Origin: Oopsacas minuta | Lineage: Eukaryota; Animalia; Porifera | Reading direction: 5' to 3' | Assembly: GCA_024704765.1 (NCBI GenBank) | Contig: JAKMXF010000324.1 | Span: forward strand, 248,001 to 312,000 | Length of the DNA stretch: 64,000 nucleotides | Shown: positions 25,359-37,100 of the stretch, piece by piece | Numbering within the stretch: the first letter of the stretch is position 1 | How the letters are laid out: every line of letters begins with the position of its first letter | Position numbers and translations under genes: made by a program | The notes under the pieces: generated by a model | Told to the model about the DNA's origin: nothing | Databases searched by the model: none | What the model saw: the letters and a program-made list of their open reading frames with translations, nothing else

Positions 25359-25462
25359 TTCTCTGACACATGCTATTTAGAAAGAATATACGCTTTGCAT
25401 TTTTATTTACAAACAAACGACTAAGTATATGTGTAAACTGTCCAAATAGTCTTTTTAGTTAG

Positions 25463-25482
25463 TTCTCTCTCTCTCTCTCTCT
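25463..25482. repeat. (TC)n microsatellite
   Basis: Read directly from the sequence. Confidence 0.85.
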
Positions 25483-26668
25483 GGTCGAATTCTTTCTGAT
25501 GTCATCGTTTATATTATATCTGTTCGTTTATGTACATTTATCCGTATGCGTGGTAGCGATTCTTTTCTGTTGAATACGAGTGGAACCTCCAGTAGCGCTT
25601 TCCCGAAGTGAGGAATCTCTTAAGACTCCTATATCATAATGCAAAATATATAGTCTAGGCGTATGGCCCTGAGAACCTGTATGAACTCCGGTTTCAACTA
25701 TGTACATCAATTTTCATGCAAATGAACCACGAAGTAATGGACCAAATCTTGGGGGGCCATCTCTCCGCTTCAGGAGGTTCCATTGCATATGCATGAGTGT
25801 AGTCATGACCCAAAAATTCTCAGTAATCCTCTCCCCCTAGATTCCGAGTAATGCTCCCAAAATTTGTAGAAATTCGTGTAAAAATTCAACAAAATATATA
25901 TATATAATATATATATATACCCAATAATTTTTGTTCTCCACTACTTCCATGCATGTATCCGTACATTTAACCAGAGAGAATATATTCTGGGTGGTTGTAT
26001 TGTATCGGAACATTTTTTCTGCGATTTACTTCTCGCTTTGCCTTGCTAATGGAGTTAATCCTACAAACTAATTCAATTAATGGTTGACACCTATATAATT
26101 TACACTTTTATATCTTATAAGAAAACAAATGACACATATTTTCTGCTAATTATAACAATCTGAATTGTTTATTCATTATTAACACAGATTAATTATTACA
26201 GATTTACTCATCTCACTTTCTTAACATTGTAAGAATGGTATGTGTTTACATTATTAAGAGGCCAATTTCTGAGAATGTAATGGTATCCTCCTGGTCTCTA
26301 GTGTCCTCACTCAACTGTGAGTAGTTCCTAGGAAGGTTCAACACCTTGAGAATGAAGTAATAGCATGTACTACACCCTCAGAAATTTTATTATATTTGAA
26401 TTGCTATAAGCTGCGTATCGATATTATGTAATTATTATCTTATATAGGAAGATATCAGAACACTATTTCAACAGGTAACTGTATTGATAGTTCCTTTCTA
26501 GTGAAGTCACTGAATCTATGTCAGGGGTCCACGAGTTGGGAATCGCTGATTTAGCATATACTCCCTCTCTGCTACGATTGGCTATTTGTTGCTGTATTGA
26601 GAAATGTTATTATGTTTGTTTGATTATTGTTCAAAACAATGGATTAACCGTGTATGATACTCTCTTAG

Positions 26669-29600
26669 GCATCTAAAAAAGCAGATATCAAAAAACAAAT
26701 CTCGAAAAAACGGACAAGACAGATTATAGACAGCGGTAAGTAAGGTTGATATATAGAAATTTATCTTTACAGCAGAGGGGAGTGATGTTAAGAATCATCC
26801 ACGAGTGATTCTTAACATCACTCGTGGGCCCCCAGATTTGGGAACTGCTCTTTGCATTTGATTTTTTATGAAATGTTTAGCGGAATATTTTAGTTATTTT
26901 CCCGTTTAGATTCAGATGATGAGTGTGTCATTTATCCTACAAAATCAAAAATGTATGTCAAGAGACAAAACAGTTAATTTTACGCTTTTTATTATTTGTT
27001 TTGTTGCTAGAAATTCCAACAAACATTCCGTTAAACAAGAGGCTGTCAGTGTAAAAACATCTCCGCTTGACTACTTTACAAAACATTCGAATATTCAAGA
27101 CCCAATATCAAAGGTAAATAATATTATATGTGTCTTTTCCGCAAAAATTCCCTGAAGTCTCGAACTATCTAATTAGTTCCAATTTCTTGTTGTTATTTCA
27201 GACACCTAACTGCGGCATATACACATTCTTAAGGTATTATTCATCACATTTATTAACTGAAGCATATCTTGGGAGATTACTTTAGTGAGTTCTCTCATTC
27301 TTTGCCTCATAATCAATCCTTTGGGCAGACAAATATCTCTAGAATGTATCAACATTGAATTCTTATTTATTTCAAAGGAATTCCAAGGAAATTTGTCAGT
27401 CATTGTTTCAACAGTTACTGATCAATATTTGGTATTTTGCTCGACAAGTTAATAGCAACAAATTGATCTAATAGGTGTGAAGATATAATGCACATGTCAA
27501 CATTTCTATTCCCTACTATCAGTCAATATATGTAATTACATGAGTACATTAGTGCACGTGAGATTATGAATATTTTCAAACCTTTTCGTGAAAGGTTAAT
27601 ACAGCTACAATTTGTGTTTCAAGGCATCAACTCCTCCTGTAAAGAAGCTACGTACTGATACAGATAGTCAAGATAATAGTCAAGGCACTAATACACTAAT
27701 ACAGAATATAGGAGATCTTGATATACAGATTTCTCCTATACAGTATAAACCTTCTATTCAATCGCCTGCTAACAACAGTACCAGAGCTCTACTAACAAAA
27801 CCAGCTATACACTCACCCCCAGATGAAGAGAGAATTAATAACTCTGTTGTAAATCAATCTGCTATTCAATCACCTGTTGCTGATAAGATTAATACTACTC
27901 CTAATACATCATTCACTTCTACTGGAAAATGTAATGGTCTTATTAATATTTGTAGATCCGTGTATGTAATTCAGTGTACCCAAAATTTTTTGCTATTTTT
28001 CAGGGATTCGACATATTAAACCATATGAATTTGCACGTGAAGCTGATAATTAAGTACAGTGAAGTTCGTCTATTAGCAAATTCATAGCCATTTGGTGAAT
28101 CGTACTTTGCATGAATTTTCCTTGCTAACATTCGAAATATTATCATACAAAAATGCACTCTATATACATGAAAAAAGTTACGATAGCAAACACGGATATA
28201 TCCAAATACCCGCTCATATCAAATTCTGAAGATTTACAAATATGGTCCCTTGAGCTTCGATATAATGGGAGTTGACTGTACTTCTAGGTGAAACTCCTAA
28301 ACCAGCTCTAAGCAAACATAACAGCTCTAATGCTAGCAACTATTTTGCTTACATGAACAGGGCAGGTCCCGTTAATCTCGGATGCAAAGAAATACCTACT
28401 GGACAAGACAACTGTTTAGGCAACCTAACATTCGTTATAACTGGTGTACTGGATTCATTAGAGAGAGATGGAGCAAAGGAGCTGATACAGAAATACGGGG
28501 GACGAGTTGTAGGATCGATCAGTAAGAAAGTTACTCATCTTCTAGTGGGGGTAGAAGCAGGAGAGAGTAAGTTAGAGAAAGCTAGACAACTGAAAGTTCA
28601 TGAAATATGTGAAGATGACCTCTTGGAAATGATTAGGACTAGATCTTCTGTAGGGAGTAAGCAAGTTCTTAGCACTAGTGCTAAGAAAAAGGCTAAAGTT
28701 ACAGGTAAGCTATCGCAAGTAAATACTATTAACTATCGGTATAATTATTTGCGTATTATTATACAATAAAATGTCTACAATTTTTCCTTTTTAGAGAGTA
28801 AGGTTACGCCTAACAAGCCTATCCTCTGTCAGTCAGAAGTTACTCCTCTGAATGAAGATGTTAAAATGGATATTAGCAATGATAACCCGATCTTACTTGT
28901 TGATAAATATCGTCCTACTTGTGTGAGAGAGATTATAGGTTCAGCTAGAGAAGCTTCTGTACCTAATAAGTTGATAAAATGGTTGAAGAATTGGTTTATA
29001 GTTAATAATAGATCTAGTGATAACCCTAGCAAGCCTTCTAGTAGAGGTAAGTTAATTAGCATACATTCGGATAGTACAGTGGATGCCGGTTATATGAACA
29101 TATACCGGTTATAAGAACTTGTATTTCTACTCCCAAGGAGGTTCTTATAACTGTTATCCATTGTATTACTTTGTGTTTCCGAAGGGATACGTGTTATACG
29201 AGAGCTCTATTGTATTATACATTTATTATCTTTGTCTAGGATATTTCAACAAAGATCCTTCCATATTCAAATCAGTCCTTCTATCAGGTCCTCCTGGCAT
29301 AGGAAAGACTACAACAGCAACTTTAGTTTGTAAAGAACTCGGCCTGAGTTATGTAGAGATGAATGCTAGTTCTACTCGTAGTAAGAATAATTTACAAGAT
29401 AAAATATCTCAATTACTTTCTAACTATTCTCTACTCGGTTGTGAGCAGTCGTCTTCTAGTAAGACTAATGACAGACATGTGTTAATTATGGATGAAGTAG
29501 ATGGTATGGCGGGTAATGAAGATAGAGGAGGAGTACAGGTGAGAGAACAGCTGTTTTAATACTCTAATTAGGTTATTATATATTGTTTGTAAACATTATT

Positions 29601-32600
29601 ACCAACATATCATATAGAGAAATTCCACACAGCAATATTTGTCAACTTGTCAACAATTTTAGTATATCAATCGCTTAGAATATATGCACTGGATACCGTT
29701 ATACCAGTTATAAGAACACCAAATGAAAGAACATACCGGATATAAGTAGCATGGGGAACTGTTCTCAATTTATGTCTTTCATACGTATATAGTTTAAATC
29801 TACTGAACATTACTACGCACACCCTGTAAGCTAGTTAATAGCTCAAAAATGTTATTTTAATTTATTCATACATTCCATATGCTCCATACAATTGCTATGA
29901 CGATAACAGTGACTAAGACAATGGTCTTGTTACACCATTTAGCTGAATGAAACGATTTCTCTATTCATTATGCAGTAATGGCTGAGATGAATAATACAAA
30001 ACTAACTTCTAAACATATTCAATGTATTTCATTTCTATTGAAAGTATGGCATATTCTGAATTCAATCCACTTGTATGCGTAGAGTGCCAACATTTAAAAA
30101 CACCGATTAATATCCTGGAGTGTTTTCATGTCATCTGTCAAGACTGTCATTTCAAGAAAAAAGGCAAATTGTTCTTGATTTCATGTCCATCTTGTTCACA
30201 AATCACAAGTTTACCATTCAAAGAATGTTTGAAGAATCTTTCAGTTTTGATTCTAAAGGAAGTTCTCCCCGAAACTTCTCGTGACAGTATTCCGTCACTT
30301 TTGAAGAATATTGCAATGTTAAGCGAAGAGACAAATGCTAGAGAATTTGAAAAATGCGAGTTAGAGAATCAATATGAATCTCTTAATTCATCATACCAGT
30401 TAAAACTAGAGGATATAAACGCAGAATTTGACAGAAAACTGCGAATTCTCGAGCAGGAAAGAGACACACAAATATTAGACTTAGAGAAAAACAATAAATC
30501 AAAACAGGTTGCATTCACAAAACAAATTGATAATGTAAACAAAACGTTATCAAAAACAATACAAAGAAAACATTTCCTACAAATTTGTTCAGATAGGATG
30601 ACAGAATCTGAGTATAGGACTTATAAATCAATTCTAGACCCTGCACAACCTCGACCACGTATCGCATCTGTAAGTATCAAATCACTGGACCCTGATTCAT
30701 CCAGTGCACCCATTGTTAGCAAAGAGGCACAGTTCACCCAGTCGTTACCAATTTTTAATAAAGATTCCGCAGTATCAAAACCGAAACCAAAGCCTAGATA
30801 TAATAGGAACTTTTCTCTGTGTAAGGAGCCTAGCTTTTCCTTCGGTAGATACGGGATCGGTAGAATGGAATTTAGGGCATTGAAAGCAGTTTGTGTCTCT
30901 CCAGATGATTCATGTGTATTCGTGTTAGACCAGAATCAAGTTAAGGCATTTGATAGCAAAGGCTCTGATCTCTTCCAATTCTCATCATTTCCAGTAAAGC
31001 GATCAATTCCTTTAGAATTATCATCTATAGCAGCTGACGAATATAACGTATACGTCACAAACACTTCCCATGATATTGTATACGTCATGACACTCACATA
31101 CCTTGTGGCAACTGATACTCAGCCTTGTGGAGCAGAGCTTAAAACAACAATTGGGAACACAGGCCCGTTTATACAGAGATTAAGGCTACCAGGGTCAATT
31201 GTGTATAACACATTCAAAAGCCTGCTTTTCATAGCAGATAATGGTAATAAAAGAATTGCGGTATATAACGCAGGGCTCAATTATGTGTGTCAAATAGGAA
31301 AAGGAAATATTGAGCTAGCAGGGAGTCTATGTGTGTCAGTTGATGGAGAGCTAATCTATATACTAGAAAGAGGAAAAATTAGCACAAAATGCGTACGAAT
31401 ATTCAACTACACGGGAGATTTGGTTAAGGAATTTGCTATGCGACATTCTGAATTAAAACATCCATGGTGCTTATGTGTGAGTGACGAAGGGCAAGTTATG
31501 GTATCGGACGGGTCACCGGATTACGGAACATTAGGACACTCCGTGCGTGTGTTTAGTAGAGACGGGAAGCAGATAGGGAAGATTGGGTGTAGTGGAAAAG
31601 GTATGGGACAGTTTAAAGACCCTAGGGGGCTAGTCATTGATAGTAAGGGAAAGATGATTGTAATTGATAGTGGTAATCATCGTCTACAGATATTTTAATA
31701 ATGTATATTTGTAAATGTTTATCGCAGATAGCTAATAAGTCTAATCCTGTATATGGAGTTAAATTTACAAGTAATAGAGTTTGTTGAAGATGTACAAAGT
31801 GTTTCTAAGTGTATATTCGGATAAGCGGCCAGACAGGCTAATATACCACACCCGCTAACATATCATTTTCCTGCTTAACTTTTCCACGAACTTACACATT
31901 ATATTCAGAACGTATATATCAAGTTGACGAATAAGGCTGACGTAATCTATGAACATAACAATTAACAAATAACTCATTGATACTCTCGTATAGTCAGTCT
32001 AATAGCCAGGCCCTTATGATCTGATATAGGCAGTTGCTCTTCATCTCGTGCACTATACAATATTTCTACTGGAGTAACATCTACGTTCAATACGTCAGCT
32101 CCCCCTACAAAACAATGATCGAATGTAGCTCCCTCAGACTTGTATGTTACTTCTAGTGGATTGCTACATAGTTTCAAAGGTTCCATGACGTCACACATAA
32201 ATTTGAATTGGGTCTCGGCGTTTTCGTGTGTTCTCGGGCAAATATTGAAGTCTCCTGTAATAATTATCAATTCGTCCTCATTGAATTGTTTCTTGTAGTC
32301 AGCTATTTCTTGCAATTGAGCCGGTCTCACCCATGGCCTCCAATGCGCGTATAGATGAGTGTTTATCACATGTAAAAGTACAGGTTTTCTCCGTTGTATT
32401 TTTATCTGGACATGCTGAAACCCTTTATAACTACTCTCAAACCATGGGTAACTCGTGAATGCGGTCTCTTGTGTAGATATGATAGGATATCTGCTGAATA
32501 TTATTAATCCGCTATTTCCTCCAAACAAATAAGGCAAAGAATCAGATATATTGTTTATTGAAGAGAATGGCATATAATCTGAAATCAGCTGATAGAAATT

Positions 32601-34590
32601 CTCCATATAAGTTGCCCCAAGCGTCAGACCGAGCACTTTAAACAATGTAAACTCTTGTATTAAGATGACGTCATAGTCTCTAGCAGCTGTCGCTAATCTG
32701 GCGAGACGTGTTTGGAAATTGGGCCCGTGGTTGCCAAGGTATACTCCCCAGATATTCTGCGATAAAATCCTCAAGGTGTGTTCTTGTTCCTGCGTTGAAG
32801 CATCTGGATATCTGTTAGCCATATTTCTAAATAACTTTGGGTTTTTGATATAATTATTCTTAAACGTATACAACAAAAGTATATTGAGTGATTGAGGCTT
32901 TATAATAAGGTAAAATGCGAGAAATATATTCATAATATTGTAATCACGAGTCTATGCATCGGTCACTTCGCGACAGATTAAATTTGCAATTATTACCTAC
33001 GTATTAGTATCAATATTGATTGTTGTTTGCTTGCTTGTCTGTTTATTTATTTGTTTGTTTGTTTGTTGATTTGTTTATTCGTATATTTCTGTAGCGTTAT
33101 ATTAGATATTATATATGTGTTATGTAGGAACTTATAGCTCTCATCAAATCAACTAAAATACCAATAATATGCATCTGTAATGACAAACAGAACCAAAAAA
33201 TGAGAAGTCTCATTCACTACTGCTATGACATCACAGTACCTCGTCCTACTACAGATCAGATAAAGGGGGCTATACTACGGATAGCTTGTAGTGAAGGATT
33301 AAGTATACCGCCTAATGCTTTGGAGGAAATGATAGTAGCCTCTAATCATGATGTCAGACAGGTAATTATATTATCTTATGTAGAGTTGTAAAAATTTTTA
33401 GAAAATTTCAGAATTCGGGATTGTATGAACAGTCAACTCCGGTTATATCGAAGCTGAAGGGATCGCGATAGTTACTCCGATATTAGCGGGTATTTAGATG
33501 CATCCTTGTTTGATATAACGGGACTTGACTGTGGTATATTTCAGTTAATGATCACCATTTGACGAGTATTTCGAGGGATCGATTGACGTCACGCTATTCC
33601 CTCTAGGTTATTCATAACATTTCAATGTGGACAGCAAATAAGAAGACTTTATCATTCGAAGAAGCGAAAGAGAATGCACAAAACTCTAAGAAGGTTACTG
33701 CTATGGGTCCATTTGATGTAATAAGAAATGTATTCGCTAGGCAGAATACGAAATCTAACCCTGTTGATGAAAAGTTGGATTTGTATTTCCAAGATTACTC
33801 ATTTGGTCCATTATTCGTACAGGAGAATTACCCGCTAATCCGCCCATTTGGGGCTAAAGGGGACCCATTACGTCATTTAGAGCTATTGGCCCTTACAGCT
33901 GACAGTTTGTCGACAAGTGACATAATTAGTAAACGCATCCGCGGCGCACAGAACTGGAAATTGTTACCAATGGAAGGTTTCTTCTCAACAGTATATCCCG
34001 GAGAATTATTGCAAGGCAACTTCACTGGTAAAATAGAATTCCCAAAATGGTTCGGTAACAATTCTAAATCCAATAAATATCAACGAATTGTTGGTGAGTT
34101 GTGTACTCATACTAGATTGCATACTTCCGGCTCTGCAGCTGACGTCACGATGGATTATATACCCAGTTGGTATCAAAAGGTAACACGCGCAATTGTAAGT
34201 GAGCAGATACAAGAAGCAGCTGGATTTCTATGTGAGTATGAATTACTGAAAGATGATTGGGACTCCATTGCTGAACTGGGGTTGTACTCCGGCCATCGTG
34301 ACGTCATGAGCCAGGTTGCACCCAAGGTAAAAGCACAGCTGACCCGGATAACCAACAAGGAGCGGGGAACTTTGCATTATAAAGTTGACCAAAGTTTCAG
34401 GAAATTGAAAGTTAAACAGGATGATGAGTTTGGAGATCTAGATGCTGATGATGAAATAATTGGGACAGAAGAGAGTGAGGATTTATCTCAAAACCAAATG
34501 ATTCAACGCAAAACAGTAGCTCCATCTACTAAAAAGAAGCCTGCTGCAAAAAAATCAACACAAAAACCAAAGAAAAGCAATAAAAAATGA
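26669..34590 (+). CDS. RFC1: Replication factor C large subunit; first exon(s) upstream of 26669 not located. Later exons ~28288-28705 (BRCT), ~28794-29046, ~29240-29538, 33128-33361, 33607-34590
   Basis: BRCT domain (TFVITGVLDSLER...KYGGRVVGSISKK), LLVDKYRP, Walker A GPPGIGKTT and Walker B IMDEVDGM. GGVQ|ELIALIKSTKIPIICICND joins across intron 29539-33127. RFC1 C-terminal domain present. Confidence 0.95.
28186..28280. mobile_element. MITE family A partial copy, ending 7 nt before the RFC1 BRCT exon acceptor
   Basis: CCCTTGAGCTTCGATATAATGGGAGTTGACTGTA. Confidence 0.7.
29075..29165. mobile_element. MITE family D (TACAGTGGATRCCGGTTATAAGAAC type); relatives at ~974-1063, 2690-2812, 29686-29745, 51295-51380
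   Basis: TIRs CAGTGGATGCCGGTTATA / TATAACTGTTATCCATTG, flanked by TA; recurring CCGGTTATAAGAAC motif. Confidence 0.6.
30022..31698 (+). CDS. RING - coiled coil - NHL repeat protein (TRIM-NHL-like, no evident B-box), nested in the RFC1 intron; start may be 30046
   Basis: C3HC4 RING (CVEC...CFHVICQDC...CPSC), a coiled coil, then NHL repeats ending GQFKDPRGLVIDSKGKMIVIDSGNHRLQIF. Confidence 0.88.
   Translation: MYFISIESMAYSEFNPLVCVECQHLKTPINILECFHVICQDCHFKKKGKLFLISCPSCSQITSLPFKECLKNLSVLILKEVLPETSRDSIPSLLKNIAMLSEETNAREFEKCELENQYESLNSSYQLKLEDINAEFDRKLRILEQERDTQILDLEKNNKSKQVAFTKQIDNVNKTLSKTIQRKHFLQICSDRMTESEYRTYKSILDPAQPRPRIASVSIKSLDPDSSSAPIVSKEAQFTQSLPIFNKDSAVSKPKPKPRYNRNFSLCKEPSFSFGRYGIGRMEFRALKAVCVSPDDSCVFVLDQNQVKAFDSKGSDLFQFSSFPVKRSIPLELSSIAADEYNVYVTNTSHDIVYVMTLTYLVATDTQPCGAELKTTIGNTGPFIQRLRLPGSIVYNTFKSLLFIADNGNKRIAVYNAGLNYVCQIGKGNIELAGSLCVSVDGELIYILERGKISTKCVRIFNYTGDLVKEFAMRHSELKHPWCLCVSDEGQVMVSDGSPDYGTLGHSVRVFSRDGKQIGKIGCSGKGMGQFKDPRGLVIDSKGKMIVIDSGNHRLQIF
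31974..32822 (-). CDS. Endonuclease/exonuclease/phosphatase (EEP) superfamily enzyme, neutral sphingomyelinase-like, nested antisense in the RFC1 intron
   Basis: Motifs LSQNIWG, DVILIQE, GLIIFSRYPI, KGF, INTHL, ITGDFN, FDHCF and ISDH. The ATG of MANRY is at 32822 and is preceded by a TTATTTAG acceptor-like site. Confidence 0.88.
   Translation of the reverse strand: MANRYPDASTQEQEHTLRILSQNIWGVYLGNHGPNFQTRLARLATAARDYDVILIQEFTLFKVLGLTLGATYMENFYQLISDYMPFSSINNISDSLPYLFGGNSGLIIFSRYPIISTQETAFTSYPWFESSYKGFQHVQIKIQRRKPVLLHVINTHLYAHWRPWVRPAQLQEIADYKKQFNEDELIIITGDFNICPRTHENAETQFKFMCDVMEPLKLCSNPLEVTYKSEGATFDHCFVGGADVLNVDVTPVEILYSARDEEQLPISDHKGLAIRLTIREYQ
33430..33531. mobile_element. MITE family A short copy in an RFC1 intron
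   Basis: CAGTCAACTCCGGTTATATCG ... GATATAACGGGACTTGACTG. Confidence 0.75.
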
Positions 34591-34964
34591 GCAAAAATGT
34601 ATTTTCTCGATCTTTCCAACTTACATATGTACTTAAGCTGAGGCCTGCTATTGTAGTAGTACTGTATCGGTTGAACACAGCTATTTTCATTAATGTTACA
34701 TTCAATTGTGGTATACTTAGACATTATTGTTTATTTTCTGATACTCATTAGCATCTCAATCAAATAATTGTGAATTTGTTCAACAAGCGAATGGTGAAAT
34801 CGTAAAAGTTACTATTCTTTTGTGGATTTTCCTCCCACTATAACCACGATTATTCCTTGATATACTTAACTGATTCTACTCCGCTTGTAGCGAAATGAAC
34901 CGGGGAGCACTTCGTTACAACAAGAGTTTACTGTACTTAACTTTCTTAGAATATTTTTAGCAAA

Positions 34965-35210
34965 ATGCACGAACCTCTACACAAACATATGCACTCCACT
35001 AAATGTATAAAGATAATTGAAGCTTTGAATAAATGCCACAAAGAGAATAAATTCGGAAAATTCTTCGGAGCTTGTAATGACCTGAAGAGAGCATTAGACT
35101 CTTGTCTTACTGAAGAATACACTGCTAGGAGGGAGAGAAATTATGATGGCAGCGTTATACGGAAGTACAAGATGAGATTACTTACTGAGAGAGAGAAAGC
35201 AAATGAATAA
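34965..35210 (+). CDS. CMC2: COX assembly mitochondrial protein 2 (twin CX9C)
   Basis: MHEPLHKHMHSTKCIKIIEALNKCH...KFFGACNDLKRALDSCLTEEY matches the CMC2 pattern. Confidence 0.88.
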   Translation: MHEPLHKHMHSTKCIKIIEALNKCHKENKFGKFFGACNDLKRALDSCLTEEYTARRERNYDGSVIRKYKMRLLTEREKANE

Positions 35211-35647
35211 TTCACTTCTAATCCTTTATATCATTAAATATTCTTAAGTTCACACTTTCAATGTTATACTAGCGATAATATGATAGTGTTTAAGAGGTCT
35301 TAGAATTGCCCTATCATCAAATATTGTCTCAGTTTAGCCAAATTAGTGAAAAATAGAAACATGTCCACCATCCAAAAAATCCTGGAGCAAGTGGAACACC
35401 GACCCTGTGACCCTGACATCTCCCCTGATATCGAATACTGACTTCAATGCTCTAATTACAAGTTTCAATTAATAGATCATTAACGAACTTTGCTAACCAA
35501 AATTACACCACAATCATACTATCTACAATACTAACAATAATATTAATTGCCAGCCTACGAGGCCATCACTGAACTTTGGTGACAACTTTCTATATACTTT
35601 TGTAAAAGCACTATTTTACGCTATATTATAATTATTTTTTAGCTCAA

Positions 35648-36628
35648 ATGCTAGTAGGTAAAAGACAGCTACCATTTCTGCTTAGTATTGGATTACTAAT
35701 AATCCTATCTCTGTTATATTTTGGATTCACAGCAAGACATCTAATAGAAGTGCACCTTTTATCAGGTATACTCATTACACTCATTTCTGGACTCCTATTC
35801 CTATTCTCACTCATAAATTTTCTCGTTACCTCCTTCATTGACCCAGGTTACTACCCAATAAATACGAATAACGATGAATACGAGGTAATACAGCATGGTA
35901 TAAGTAAAAGTATCACAGTAACCGGCGGAGCTACTTTCTCTATGCGGTGGTGTGATGAATGTAAGCATTATCGACCGCCACGTAGTCATCATTGCTGTGT
36001 ATGTGAGATGTGTGTGGAGAATTTTGACCATCACTGTCCATGGGTGGATAATTGTGTCGGTATGAAGAACTACAGGTACTTCGTGTTATTCATAACGTCA
36101 CTGATCCTATACATTTTGTTTGGGATAGGCACTACTATTGCCGCGATTGTATTGAAGCGTGATTCCCTATTAGAAGTAATAGTAGAATTTATGTTAGCTA
36201 TTATATTACCTATTTCCTTGATTCCTATTCTCGCCCTCGCGGTTTTTCATTTCTATCTCATGATAATTGGTAAGACAACTTTTGAGCAGATCAAATCAGA
36301 AGACCCGAGTCCTTACAATAAAGGATTTTTCTGTAACCTATATCTAACATTTTTCACACCAGCTCACCCTAAATACCAGAAATTCGAGCCTTCCCGTACT
36401 GTCCGCAAGCAGATAACAACACTAGAGCGTGATCGGAATGTGGATAAAGTTCCTGACTCTATGGATATTACCTGTGGACCTGAGGTTATCGTCCGCGTGG
36501 CTGCTCCAACATTCAATTACAATTTACGTAACGGGAGTTACACATCAATAGGTGAAAAAATGAACTTATACACACAAATGAATTCTACACATTCACACAC
36601 AGATTCCTTAGCAACGTCAGATATATAA
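35648..36628 (+). CDS. ZDHHC: DHHC palmitoyltransferase, intronless
   Basis: WCDECKHYRPPRSHHCCVCEMCVENFDHHCPWVDNCVG, four TM segments, DPG and TTFE motifs. Confidence 0.93.
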   Translation: MLVGKRQLPFLLSIGLLIILSLLYFGFTARHLIEVHLLSGILITLISGLLFLFSLINFLVTSFIDPGYYPINTNNDEYEVIQHGISKSITVTGGATFSMRWCDECKHYRPPRSHHCCVCEMCVENFDHHCPWVDNCVGMKNYRYFVLFITSLILYILFGIGTTIAAIVLKRDSLLEVIVEFMLAIILPISLIPILALAVFHFYLMIIGKTTFEQIKSEDPSPYNKGFFCNLYLTFFTPAHPKYQKFEPSRTVRKQITTLERDRNVDKVPDSMDITCGPEVIVRVAAPTFNYNLRNGSYTSIGEKMNLYTQMNSTHSHTDSLATSDI

Positions 36629-37100
36629 AGGAATGCCAGATTATTTTTCTGTATTTTAAAGTGGGTGTATTTGATTTGTACTTTTCTGGGAAAAGTTAAC
36701 TTGATGGATATGTTTTGATTAATTAGCCCAATTGTTTGCCCCCTTATAATTAATGCATAATATTAATAACATTAATAAACTGTATATTCTAATTCACAAT
36801 AATCTTTGTATTGTAGGGGAGGACTTGGGTTGAATGTAATGGGAGCTTAGGACAATTTTTCAATTTCGGACTTCAATAGAAGCATTTATAACAGGAGGTT
36901 AATTACGTTAATGTCCACTTACACCATTTCGGTGCATATTTGTACAATTCAAGACAAATATCGAAGCCTTAACTTGTACAAATATGCTCCCAAACCCGTC
37001 AAAGTAACCTGTCAGTCATAGGTTATATCTAAGTGATTATCACGGTGCCTTGAGCTTCGGTATTACGGGAGTTTACTTGCTTATTATATTCCATTTAGTT

